Under the pieces are notes generated by a model, which saw nothing but the letters and a program-made list of their open reading frames with translations, was not told the origin of the DNA and did no database searches. Positions 9,181 through 18,485 of a stretch of DNA of 62,213 nucleotides are shown here, in pieces. A program made the translations under genes and the position numbers. Positions within the stretch are counted from its first letter, which is position 1. Every line of letters starts with the position of its first letter. The stretch is from sequence record DRR723986_5272. One strand, 5' to 3'.

Positions 9181-10491
9181 TCAATCCAGCAGCCGGTAGG
9201 TCCTTACCACACCGGTCACCGCTTCCGGCGCACCGCTCACCAGGCGGGCGCGGAAGTGCGTTTCCCGCAACATGCGCATGAGCCGAATGTCACGACCGGC
9301 TATGGAAGCCTCGAGAACCTCGAAATCTACGGCGTCGCCGCGTGACGACAGATCAAAGCGCAAGGTGAGTACCGGGTCCCCCTCGGTCACAGGCGGCTGG
9401 CCACCGAACCAGATATCGGCTTCGTCCGGCAGTTCAACCGGCTCCGCCAGCCACAGCTCGACCAGGTCCGCTCGGCCCGCATCGGTCAGCAGTTGCACCA
9501 CCTGGGCATAGGCGGCATCTGCGCGTCGGTAGCTGCTGTTCCACTGGCACCAGTCGCCCAGCTCAAGGTAGAGCGCGGCGACGTCTTCCGCCGGCTCATC
9601 CACTGAGCGCTCGATAAGCCGGGTGAGCAGCTTTTCCCCATCTGCCAGCCCGGTCTGCTCAATGCGCTCAACCCGCTGCCGCACCCAGTCGCCGGAGCTG
9701 AACTGGCCACCGTGATTGAACCCCGACACCAGCCCGTCGATCTGCTCCGCAACCGGCTGCATGCCCAGCAGCAGGTACAGGTTGTACAGCTGGCTCAGGG
9801 TGTAGTCGCGCAGCCTGCCCAGGGAGGCGTCGGGATCCGCATACAAGGCGTCGAGAATACGCTCATTGGTCTGGTAGGCCTGCAGGATACGATTGCGCGC
9901 GGTGCCGTCGATGCCCGCATTGTGTGCCTCGCGCTGCCAGCGCAGGTATTCGAGTCCCGCATCCAGGGTTTTGTCAGACAAGGGCACCGACGCCATCCCA
10001 TGCAGGCGGAAGAAATACTCGTAGCTCTGGTCGAGATCGCGCAGCTGGTCGCTTTCACGGTACACCGCCATCAATTGCCGCAGGACAGGCAATTGCCGGT
10101 CGCTGTTCAGGCCATCATTGACCCGTGAGATGTGCAGTGCACGGAGCAGGGTTTCGATCGCCGCATCGAAGTCGCCCTGGTCGCGGTAGTAATAACCCAG
10201 ACCGTAAAGCGGTTCTACCAATCCCTGGGCATAGGGACCGGCGGCGATTTCCTGCGCTGATACCGCTTCCGTGAACGGTTCGCTGTCGGCGGGCTCGACT
10301 TCCTCTTCCTGCCCGGCGGGAGGCTTCGCCACATCTGAGCCTGATTCCGCCGGTCCCTGGTAGCGCAGGAAATCGCGGCCGTAGAGGGCCGGGAGGTGCG
10401 CTTCGGTCATGGCCGCCGGCAACAACAGGGCAGACACCAGCAACAGCCAGGCCTGGCAGGGCGCAAAGAGATAGCGGTGATATGGCGTCAC
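9181..10491 (-). CDS. Exported TPR-repeat protein with C-terminal TonB-C-like domain
   Basis: N-terminal hydrophobic signal, TPR-like helices (LYGLGYYYRDQGDFDAAIE; LELGDW), C-terminal LRFDLSSRG...HFRARLVSG; GTG start inferred. Confidence 0.6.
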   Translation of the reverse strand: MTPYHRYLFAPCQAWLLLVSALLLPAAMTEAHLPALYGRDFLRYQGPAESGSDVAKPPAGQEEEVEPADSEPFTEAVSAQEIAAGPYAQGLVEPLYGLGYYYRDQGDFDAAIETLLRALHISRVNDGLNSDRQLPVLRQLMAVYRESDQLRDLDQSYEYFFRLHGMASVPLSDKTLDAGLEYLRWQREAHNAGIDGTARNRILQAYQTNERILDALYADPDASLGRLRDYTLSQLYNLYLLLGMQPVAEQIDGLVSGFNHGGQFSSGDWVRQRVERIEQTGLADGEKLLTRLIERSVDEPAEDVAALYLELGDWCQWNSSYRRADAAYAQVVQLLTDAGRADLVELWLAEPVELPDEADIWFGGQPPVTEGDPVLTLRFDLSSRGDAVDFEVLEASIAGRDIRLMRMLRETHFRARLVSGAPEAVTGVVRTYRLLD

Positions 10492-10592
10492 CCACTGAAG
10501 TCTAGATGAGCCTCCCGCAGCTGTCAGCCCGATTCGGAGACCTGTCGGGCAAGCCCTTGTCGCCGTGACCAATGCTGGCGATACTCTGACTG

Positions 10593-11498
10593 ATGAAGAA
10601 CGCACAGGCATCGCTGCTCCTGGTCGCCGCCCTGCTGGCCAACACAGGGCAATCGCAGGAGTTGACCCCCAGGGCTTTCTGGCCGGCTCCAGAGGGCACC
10701 CGCGTCGCTACGGTTGGCCTGGCCCACACCTCGGGGGACATCGTGCCGGACCCCTCCCTGCCCATCACCGGGCTGGATTCCAGTATTAGCTCGGGCTTTA
10801 TCGCCTTCCGCCAGACCACCGGCCTGTTCGGACGCACCACCAATCTCATCGTCGAAGTCCCCTATGCCAGCGGTAACACCAGTGCCAGCCTGCCCGAACT
10901 CGGCACCCTGGAGCGTGACTACCAGGGCATTGGCGATGTCGCCGCCACCATGTCGGTGAACTTTCTCGGAGCGCCATCCATGGACAAAGCGGCCTTTGCG
11001 GATTTGCGCCAGAACCCGCGCCCCCTGCTGGGCGGCAGCCTCAAAGTTGTGGCACCAACTGGCGACTACGACAGCGACCGCCTGATAAACGTAGGGGCGA
11101 ATCGCTGGGCGGCCCGGGCGGAACTCGGTTTCATGGCGGTGCTCAATCCCAAGTGGTTGCTCGAGTTAGAGGTTGGCAAGTGGTATTTCCAGGATAACGA
11201 TGACTATCTCGGCAAGACCCGGGAGCAGAAGTCGATTAGCTCTGTGGAAGCGCACCTGGTGCGCCGCTTTTCGCCGGGCTTCTGGATGTCGCTGGATGCG
11301 ACGGGCTATCGCGGCGGTCGCTCGACCTTTGACGGCAGGCGACTCAACGACCTGCAACGGGACTCGAAGCTCGGCGCGACCCTGGTCTTCCCATTCGCGC
11401 GCAAGCACGCGGTGCGGCTGTCCTACGCCAATGGCTCGGCCAATGACTCCGACGAGGAGTTCGACATCTACTCGATCAGCTATCAGCGGGTTTTCTAG
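10593..11498 (+). CDS. Outer-membrane beta-barrel 'transporter' (phenol MetA-degradation-like family)
   Basis: Signal peptide, QELTPRAFWPAP, APTGDYD...NVGANRW, C-terminal YQRVF. Confidence 0.75.
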   Translation: MKNAQASLLLVAALLANTGQSQELTPRAFWPAPEGTRVATVGLAHTSGDIVPDPSLPITGLDSSISSGFIAFRQTTGLFGRTTNLIVEVPYASGNTSASLPELGTLERDYQGIGDVAATMSVNFLGAPSMDKAAFADLRQNPRPLLGGSLKVVAPTGDYDSDRLINVGANRWAARAELGFMAVLNPKWLLELEVGKWYFQDNDDYLGKTREQKSISSVEAHLVRRFSPGFWMSLDATGYRGGRSTFDGRRLNDLQRDSKLGATLVFPFARKHAVRLSYANGSANDSDEEFDIYSISYQRVF

Positions 11499-11534
11499 CC
11501 TGTCGAGCGCCCCGGACTGCAGCAAACAGGCGAG

Positions 11535-14030
11535 CTACTTGGGATCGACAGGACACACATCCACCGGCCTGTCCTCCACCGCCTGCGCCATTGCGGCCAG
11601 CAGTGCCGGACAGGATGCCTTGATCACATCCAGGTCACGACGCCTGAGCTCATATACCGCGCAGGGCGTCACCGCGCGACAGGTGGCATTGCGAGGCAGG
11701 CGCCTGACGAACCCGCCCTCACCCACGAATTCGCCAGCACCGACCCGGTCAATTTCCACCTCGTGTCCGTTCTCGGTGCGCAGTACTTTGATCTCGCCGC
11801 GGGCAATCAGGAACAGGGACTGATCCGTGGCGCCCTGCTGAATCAGGTCCTGGCGGGCAGGTATGGTGCGCTGTCTCAGGCAGGCCAGCAGTTTCGGCAC
11901 TTCGGATTCAGGTAGTGACCTGAAATACGGCACGTTACGCAGCAACTCCTGCGGATCAATGCGCAGCTTGCTGGTGTCATAACCACGCAATTTGCGTAGC
12001 TTGCGGTCCAGTTCCCCGACCAGGCTGGTGGCAACGCTGTTCGGAATCACGCCACTGCGGCGCTGCTGCTCGACGAATCGACGCTCGCTATGTAGCACGG
12101 CGCGCTCGGCAAAGCGTTGCTCGCAGGAGTCGTAAAACTCGGGGAACTGCTGGCGCATGGTATCCAGTTTGACCCTGGCGCCTTTCGACCAGCGGCTGAA
12201 AGCCGCGCGCAGTTGCTGAACCACCGTCTTGCGGGTGTGCCCGTGCCGCGCGAGCTCGTCGATACTGGCCAGCACCCGCTGGCAGCCGTGGTAACCAGCC
12301 CAGGCGTACTCGTAATCCTGCGCCGTGGAGTGACTCCGTATCGACTCGGAGTAACGGTCGAGGAAGCCCAGGCGCTGCACCACCCGCATCCAGGTATTGC
12401 GCACCCACAGCGACCAGCGCGACCTCGGTGGGATCCGCGGCAGCTCGCCGTGGTAGCGCAAGCTGTCGCCCTCCACGTTCAGCGCGTACACCAGATTGCG
12501 ATAGGTCGCCTCTGACAGATGTGCCTCACCGAACATCTGGTGATAGAACGCCTTCTGCACCGAGAAACACTTCAATAGCAGCAGGTTATATTCCTCGCGA
12601 TCATCCAGCTCTTCCTGCCACTGCTGTTCAAACATCGCTTCGGCGGAATCTATCGCCAGCTGGTAACGGGTGGCCAATCGGGTCGCCATGCGCGAAGAGA
12701 CTGCCGCCTGACCCCCAAGCGCGTGCACACTCTCCAGGGCGTTCTTCTGCGCGCCGAGGCGGGCCTCTGCCTCCGCCATTCGATCCGCGAGTGGCGGATG
12801 ATGCAAGCCCAGGCGTTTGATCAACTTCTCAATGGTTAGCCCGGGGATCACGAGGGTGAACAGAACCGCACCGGTCACCAGCACCACAAAGGTCTCGGCA
12901 AAACGGAAATCGCCCAGGCTCAGGACGATAGCCAGGGCGATCGCACCTCGCAGCCCACCCCAGTACATGACCGCCTGGAAACGCCGGTTGATGTGGTCGG
13001 AGCCCGGCAGACGGCCAACCACAGGCACCAGCGTGAATACCACCACGGCCCGGGCCAGCAACATGGCCAGGATCACCCAGATCAGCAACGGCCAGGAAGC
13101 GGCCACCGCTGCCAGATCGATCTCCAGGCCCACCAGCAGGAAGATCAGCGCATTGGCTGCGTAGGCCAGGTACTCCCAGAAGTTCTCCAGATATTCACTG
13201 ACCGACGGGGATATCTTGCTCCGCCCCCAGCCGCCTATGGTCAGCGCTGCCGCCATGGTCGCCATCACGCCGCTTACATGCAGCGTGTGTTCGGCGATCA
13301 GGAAGGAGAAATAGGCCAGGATGGTGGTCAGGGAAATTTCGATCAGTGGATCCGAGTCCACCTTGCCCAGCACGAAGCCGGTCATCAGGGCCATCGCCCA
13401 GCCAACCACGGCGCCGCCAAAAAACACGAAAAGAAAGTCCCCGACCCCGGCAACGATAGTCTGGGTCGAAACATAACCAGCCACCGCTATGGCCAACAGG
13501 ATCTGCGAGGCTACGATTGCCGTCGCATCATTGAACAGGCTTTCACCCTCGACCAGGATGGTGAGCCGCTTGGGCGCACCCAGCTGTTTGAACAGCGAGA
13601 TCACCGCAACCGGGTCCGTGGCGCTTAGGATGGCTCCCAGCACCAGCGCTGCGGTGAAGTCGATCGGCGTGAATGTGGCCACTATACTGCCAATAATCAC
13701 GGTGGAGATCAGCAGCCCCGGTACCGCAAGGGTCAGGACCGGCAGCAGGTTGCGGCGCAGCTGGCGCGAGTCGAGGTGCAGCGAGGATTCGAAAATCAGC
13801 GTCGGCAGGAAAACGAACAGGATCACATCCGGGGAAATATGGAATTCCACCAGCACCGCCAGCAGCGCAGGCGACCAGGCTGCCGCCTCGGAGAGCGCAA
13901 TGCCCACCACGACCAGCATCACCGTAAAGGGCAAACGCAGCCATTTGCTCAGGGCCAGGACCGCGGACGCAACCAGCAGCAAACCGGTCACCGCGGTGAC
14001 CAGGTCGATCACCGTGCTCGTGTGCTCCAT
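11535..14030 (-). CDS. CPA1 Na+/H+ antiporter with C-terminal cyclic-nucleotide-binding domain
   Basis: FLPTLIFES, SATDPVAV, EGESLFNDA, WGGLRGAI; C-terminal cNMP domain with GEFVGE...PRNATCRA; GGAGGA RBS. Confidence 0.9.
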   Translation of the reverse strand: MEHTSTVIDLVTAVTGLLLVASAVLALSKWLRLPFTVMLVVVGIALSEAAAWSPALLAVLVEFHISPDVILFVFLPTLIFESSLHLDSRQLRRNLLPVLTLAVPGLLISTVIIGSIVATFTPIDFTAALVLGAILSATDPVAVISLFKQLGAPKRLTILVEGESLFNDATAIVASQILLAIAVAGYVSTQTIVAGVGDFLFVFFGGAVVGWAMALMTGFVLGKVDSDPLIEISLTTILAYFSFLIAEHTLHVSGVMATMAAALTIGGWGRSKISPSVSEYLENFWEYLAYAANALIFLLVGLEIDLAAVAASWPLLIWVILAMLLARAVVVFTLVPVVGRLPGSDHINRRFQAVMYWGGLRGAIALAIVLSLGDFRFAETFVVLVTGAVLFTLVIPGLTIEKLIKRLGLHHPPLADRMAEAEARLGAQKNALESVHALGGQAAVSSRMATRLATRYQLAIDSAEAMFEQQWQEELDDREEYNLLLLKCFSVQKAFYHQMFGEAHLSEATYRNLVYALNVEGDSLRYHGELPRIPPRSRWSLWVRNTWMRVVQRLGFLDRYSESIRSHSTAQDYEYAWAGYHGCQRVLASIDELARHGHTRKTVVQQLRAAFSRWSKGARVKLDTMRQQFPEFYDSCEQRFAERAVLHSERRFVEQQRRSGVIPNSVATSLVGELDRKLRKLRGYDTSKLRIDPQELLRNVPYFRSLPESEVPKLLACLRQRTIPARQDLIQQGATDQSLFLIARGEIKVLRTENGHEVEIDRVGAGEFVGEGGFVRRLPRNATCRAVTPCAVYELRRRDLDVIKASCPALLAAMAQAVEDRPVDVCPVDPK

Positions 14031-14208
14031 CACCCGTCCTCCAGAGCGCCATCCGCGCTCGTGTCGGCTAATGCATTGCTCCAGTAAGTCGGCAAGCGGC
14101 AGCTAACCCGCTAAGTCTAGCCGCTATCGACAAAGTTGCCTCAGAAGGTGCAATCGGTGAGGATGCGCGATCAGCCGGATGAAACGCGATGCACAGGGAG
14201 CCCGTAGC

Positions 14209-15468
14209 GTGACCGCAGGAGAAGGTCAGGACACTGCAACGGCGCATCTCTCCGCCTTCGCGCATCACCGGTTCCGCCGCTTCTTTCCCTGCAGCTGTTT
14301 CTCGACTCTCGGCAGCTGGACCGTGCGCTTCCTGCTCGGCTGGAGCGCCTGGGACCTGACCCATTCGGCGACCTGGGTAGGCGTGGTGGCGGGACTGATG
14401 TTGGCCCCCGCGTTCCTGCTGTCGCCGATTTTCGGCATCGTCTCGGACCGTATCAATCCGCGCAATGGCCTGCTGGTCACAATCTCGGGTGCCGGACTGA
14501 TTGCCGGCTTTGCCGCCCTGGCCCTGTTGGCCGACTGGTATTCGCTTGAACTGCTGCTCGCTCTAGCCCTCGCACTGGGTGCTGTGACCGCTGCCCATAC
14601 GCCGATCCGCCTGGCCCTGGTACCACGACTGGTGCCTCGGCAATCCCTGCCCAGTGCGATCGGCTACTCGGCCATGGTGTTCAACACCTCGCGCATCCTC
14701 GGTCCGGCGCTGGGCGCCTGGTTGCTCAGCGTGAGCTCCATAGCAACGGCCTATGCCTGCGCCATGCTGTTGTTTGCCACCGCCCTGCCCCTGCTGCTTT
14801 CAGTCAAGGGCATCGCCGCTACGCCCACCGGGGGACCTTCCGGGATGGGCAGCCAGCTACTGGCGGGATTACGCTATGTGCGCGGCCACCGGGCAATTCG
14901 CCTGGTGTTCGGATACACGCTGGTGAATGCACTGCTGGGGCGGACAGTGATCGAGCTGCTGCCGGCTATTTCCGGGCAGCTGCTACAGGGCGACTCGACA
15001 ACGCTCGCCACGCTGACCGCCACTGCAGGTGCGGGGTCGATCGCCGGCGGCTTACTGGTCAGTCGCCAGGGTGGGGATGAAGGACGCTTGCTGGCCATGA
15101 TCACCGCCGGCCTGGTTATCGGTGCCCTTAGCCTGCTGCCGGCACTCTGCTTACACGGCCTCACGGCTCTGGGTGCCGTTATCCTGTGCCTGAGCCTGAT
15201 CACCACGGTGGTAGGAACCGGTAGCCAGGCATTGGCTCAGCTGTTGGTAGAAGACGGATACCGTGGCCGGGTGCTCAGCCTGTGGACGGTACTGGCCATG
15301 GGTGCGCCGGCAATCGGCGCGCTGTTGATGGGTGTGCTCGCAGATCGCTTCGGCTTCGCACCTGTGCTGATCGGCTTCGGTCTGGCGGCTCTGCTGGCCA
15401 TCGCCAGGCTGTACAGCCTGCGGGCCTGGCTGCAGCGCCCCGAAACGGCGGGTGCCGCCGATCACTAG
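14209..15468 (+). CDS. MFS transporter (MFS_3/macrolide efflux-like)
   Basis: About 12 TM segments, GIVSDRINPR motif A, RILGPALG, YRGRVLS; start 14209 (or 14179). Confidence 0.85.
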   Translation: MTAGEGQDTATAHLSAFAHHRFRRFFPCSCFSTLGSWTVRFLLGWSAWDLTHSATWVGVVAGLMLAPAFLLSPIFGIVSDRINPRNGLLVTISGAGLIAGFAALALLADWYSLELLLALALALGAVTAAHTPIRLALVPRLVPRQSLPSAIGYSAMVFNTSRILGPALGAWLLSVSSIATAYACAMLLFATALPLLLSVKGIAATPTGGPSGMGSQLLAGLRYVRGHRAIRLVFGYTLVNALLGRTVIELLPAISGQLLQGDSTTLATLTATAGAGSIAGGLLVSRQGGDEGRLLAMITAGLVIGALSLLPALCLHGLTALGAVILCLSLITTVVGTGSQALAQLLVEDGYRGRVLSLWTVLAMGAPAIGALLMGVLADRFGFAPVLIGFGLAALLAIARLYSLRAWLQRPETAGAADH

Positions 15469-16316
15469 GCAGCTTCGGCAGTAACAAACCAGACTGCACC
15501 CGGCATACGCAGGGCACCATCAACAAAATAGGGCGCAAGTGCTTCGCATACTGAGTCCACTACCTGGTTACGCGTTTCGGCGCTGGCATCAATCAGCAGG
15601 CGGGCCACCGGGCCAATACCGAGCAGTTCCTCAACGTTCGCACGCAAGGTATCCCGGTCGCCGAACACCATGGTCGCCTTGAAAGGTTCCAGGGCGATGT
15701 TGCCGAAGCCACTGTCGCTGAGGATCGCCTCAACGCGCGCCGGGTCAGCAAACGCGAAGGGGCCGGGGGCATGCGGGTCCGGTTTTGGTGGCGCCGGCAG
15801 GTGCTGCAGCGCGGCCTGCAAGGGCAGCATTGCCCAGGTGTTGTCCTGCGGCGCCTGCCAGCAGGAAAAGCCCACCCGGCCATCGCTGCGCAGGGTCGTA
15901 CGCAGATTGCGAAAGGCGGTCACCGGGTCATCGAAAAACATGACCCCGAACCGCGAAAACAGCAGGTCGACACTGCCTGCCTCGAAGGCATGGCTGGCCG
16001 CATCAGCCTGCAGGAACGACAACTCCGCATACTCCGGCAACCCCTCACCGGCCTTGCCATTGGCTACCTCGAGCAGCGGCCCGGAGACATCAACCCCGAG
16101 CACCTTCCCGGTTCCGCCGAGGCGTTCGGCCAGCAGCACGCTCTGGCTGCCGCCGCCGCAACCGATATCCAGTGCGGCCGCGCCGGACCTGGGTCGGATG
16201 TGGTCCAGCAGGGCCTCGGCAACCGGGTGCAGCAGGCGCGCCATGCGGGCATCTTCCTGCGCCCAGCGGCGACCCCCTTCGCCGTTCCAATATTCAATCT
16301 GTTCCGCGTTGTTCAT
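15465..16316 (-). CDS. Class I SAM-dependent methyltransferase
   Basis: LDIGCGGG, GVDVS, SRFGVMFFDDP. Confidence 0.88.
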   Translation of the reverse strand: MNNAEQIEYWNGEGGRRWAQEDARMARLLHPVAEALLDHIRPRSGAAALDIGCGGGSQSVLLAERLGGTGKVLGVDVSGPLLEVANGKAGEGLPEYAELSFLQADAASHAFEAGSVDLLFSRFGVMFFDDPVTAFRNLRTTLRSDGRVGFSCWQAPQDNTWAMLPLQAALQHLPAPPKPDPHAPGPFAFADPARVEAILSDSGFGNIALEPFKATMVFGDRDTLRANVEELLGIGPVARLLIDASAETRNQVVDSVCEALAPYFVDGALRMPGAVWFVTAEAA

Positions 16317-16333
16317 AGCTGGTCGCCCGTGCG

Positions 16334-17062
16334 TCAATAGTCGAGGGCAAAGACAGTACTGACCCGGGCGCTAATGGTCAATTCGCCCGGCGTATAGCTG
16401 GCGCCTGCGTCATCACTCATTTCCATCGCAGCACTGGCTCGCAGCATGGGCACGACCGGCGGCCGGTCCGGCGTTGAGGAAATCGAGATTGCGTCACCGA
16501 GGTCGGCACCGGCCGCCTTCGCCAGCACCTCAGCACTGGCGCGGGCATCGGCAAAGGCCAGGGCCAACGCCTTGCGATGGGTCTCGCGGCGCTGGCTGCT
16601 ATCCAGGACCGGCGGCGAGATCCGGTTGATACCGAGTTGCCCCGCGCGTTCCAGCAGCGGTCCGAGCTTGTCCAACTCGCGCAACTCCAGCTGGATGTTG
16701 CGCTCGACGGTATAGCCGGTGAACACCTGCTCTTCCTTCTGCCGGTCCCAGCGATAATTCGGCCGCACCGCGGCGCCGGTGGTGCTGATCCATTGTTCCT
16801 CAATGTCCAGGTCATCCGCCAGATCCAGGAAAGCCTTCACCACCTGGGCAACTGACTGCTGGGCAGTTTTCACTGATTCGCCGGTATGGCTTACCGCCAT
16901 GCTCAGCGTAGCCATATCAGGCACGAGGCGCAGTTCCGCTTCACCGCTAACGGCAACACTGGCGTCATCGTCGGCGCGGACAAGGCCCGCCATCAGGCTG
17001 AGCAAGAGCAAGCCGAGCAACAGTTGCACGGCGAACATCGGAGTGGAGATCAGTCGGTTCAT
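16334..17062 (-). CDS. SIMPL (DUF541/YggE-like) periplasmic protein
   Basis: Signal peptide, VSGEAELRLVPD, ALALAFADARA.A, PGELTISARV. Confidence 0.85.
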   Translation of the reverse strand: MNRLISTPMFAVQLLLGLLLLSLMAGLVRADDDASVAVSGEAELRLVPDMATLSMAVSHTGESVKTAQQSVAQVVKAFLDLADDLDIEEQWISTTGAAVRPNYRWDRQKEEQVFTGYTVERNIQLELRELDKLGPLLERAGQLGINRISPPVLDSSQRRETHRKALALAFADARASAEVLAKAAGADLGDAISISSTPDRPPVVPMLRASAAMEMSDDAGASYTPGELTISARVSTVFALDY

Positions 17063-17103
17063 AATGGCGCCCCTGGCATCCTTGGGTTTACTTACATGAT
17101 AGC

Positions 17104-17130
17104 TGGGACCCGGTAAGGGGAGAAAGGTTC
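17104..17130 (-). promoter_or_regulatory. Candidate envelope-stress ECF (RpoE/AlgU-type) promoter for the SIMPL gene
   Basis: Minus strand GAACCT-N16-TCCCA versus consensus GAACTT-N16-TCnaA. Confidence 0.45.
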
Positions 17131-17266
17131 GATGCCGCGCCAGCCGACTTGCGACTGACACCGCCTTGCCAGTATCGTGAGCCCCTGCCCGCCCAAGGCC
17201 ACGGCGCGGCGTTCCGGGCTCCGCCCGGCCCGACGACCTTACCACATTGATGCACGAGGAATTCGC

Positions 17267-18472
17267 ATGCCCGCTTTTTATAAGGAATGGCTCTACAAGG
17301 CCAAACGCGCCCTGACCGCTACCGTGATCACCAAGCCACAGCCCCGGGCGCTGGTATTTACCGGGCCCGACTCGGCGCTTGAACTGTGCCGCATCATCGC
17401 CCAGTTCGGGATAAAGAAACTGCTGATCGTTACCGACAAGCCACTGCGGGAACTTGGCGTGCTCGACGCAACCGTGGAGGCGCTGGCCGGGCACGGGGTT
17501 GCCAGCCACATCTTTGATGGCGTGCTGCCGGACCCCACGCAGCAGGTGGTCGACAACGGTATCACCGAACTGCAGCAGAGCGACTGTGACGCCGTGCTTG
17601 CCTTCGGTGGCGGCTCATCCATCGACAGCGCCAAGGTAATCGCCCTGGGGGCTGCAAATAACTGCTCGGCGGAAGCCTGCCTCGGGCTCAAGCAGTGCAA
17701 GCTACCTGCCCTGCCCTTCTTTGCTATTCCAACCACGGCGGGCACCGGCTCCGAGGCCACCATGATCGCCGTGATCTCGGATAACGAAACACACGAGAAA
17801 AATGGCGTGATCGACCCGAAAATCATCCCCCGGGCGACGGCGCTGGATCCGAAGGTCATGCAGGGTCTGCCACCCCACATCACCGCGGCCACCGGCATGG
17901 ATGCGCTGACTCACGCCATTGAGGCTTATATCGGTGTCTGGCAGGTGGAGGACACCCGCTTCTTCTCCCTGAGCGCGACCAAGCTGATTTTCGATAACCT
18001 GGCCGAAGCCTGCGCCAACGGCGATAATCTCGCGGCGCGCGAAGCAATGGCCCTGGCCTCCTACTACGGCGGCCTGGCGATCAGCAACGCCCTAGTCGGC
18101 TACGTGCACGCGGTATCACACAACCTGGGCGCCAAGTACGGGGTGCCCCACGGCCTGGCAAACGCCATGGTCCTGCCTCACGTACTGGAACTGATGAAGG
18201 ACGCCGCCGGCAAACAGCTGGCGGAGCTGGCGGTTCACTCCGGGCTGGGTGAGGCCAGCGAGGGGGACAGCGCGCTGGCAGGGAAACTGATCGAGCGGGT
18301 CCGCCAACTCAACGCCCAGATCGGTATACCGACCACGACCGAGGTGATCAAGGAAGCGGACGTCACCGCCCTGGTCGATGCCGCCCTGTCAGAAGGCAGT
18401 GGCTATCCCACACCGCGCTACCTTGAGCGGGATGAGTGCGAGCGGCTCATCCGCGGCCTGATGGCCGCCTGA
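17267..18472 (+). CDS. Iron-containing alcohol dehydrogenase
   Basis: GGGSSID, PTTAGTGSE, DALTHAIE, HAVSH, HGLANA. Confidence 0.92.
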   Translation: MPAFYKEWLYKAKRALTATVITKPQPRALVFTGPDSALELCRIIAQFGIKKLLIVTDKPLRELGVLDATVEALAGHGVASHIFDGVLPDPTQQVVDNGITELQQSDCDAVLAFGGGSSIDSAKVIALGAANNCSAEACLGLKQCKLPALPFFAIPTTAGTGSEATMIAVISDNETHEKNGVIDPKIIPRATALDPKVMQGLPPHITAATGMDALTHAIEAYIGVWQVEDTRFFSLSATKLIFDNLAEACANGDNLAAREAMALASYYGGLAISNALVGYVHAVSHNLGAKYGVPHGLANAMVLPHVLELMKDAAGKQLAELAVHSGLGEASEGDSALAGKLIERVRQLNAQIGIPTTTEVIKEADVTALVDAALSEGSGYPTPRYLERDECERLIRGLMAA

Positions 18473-18485
18473 GCTACGTGCCGGA

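Noticed and set aside
16334-17509. 391-aa version of the SIMPL ORF
   Set aside because: The N-terminal extension overlaps the divergent Fe-ADH gene; the signal peptide starts at 17062
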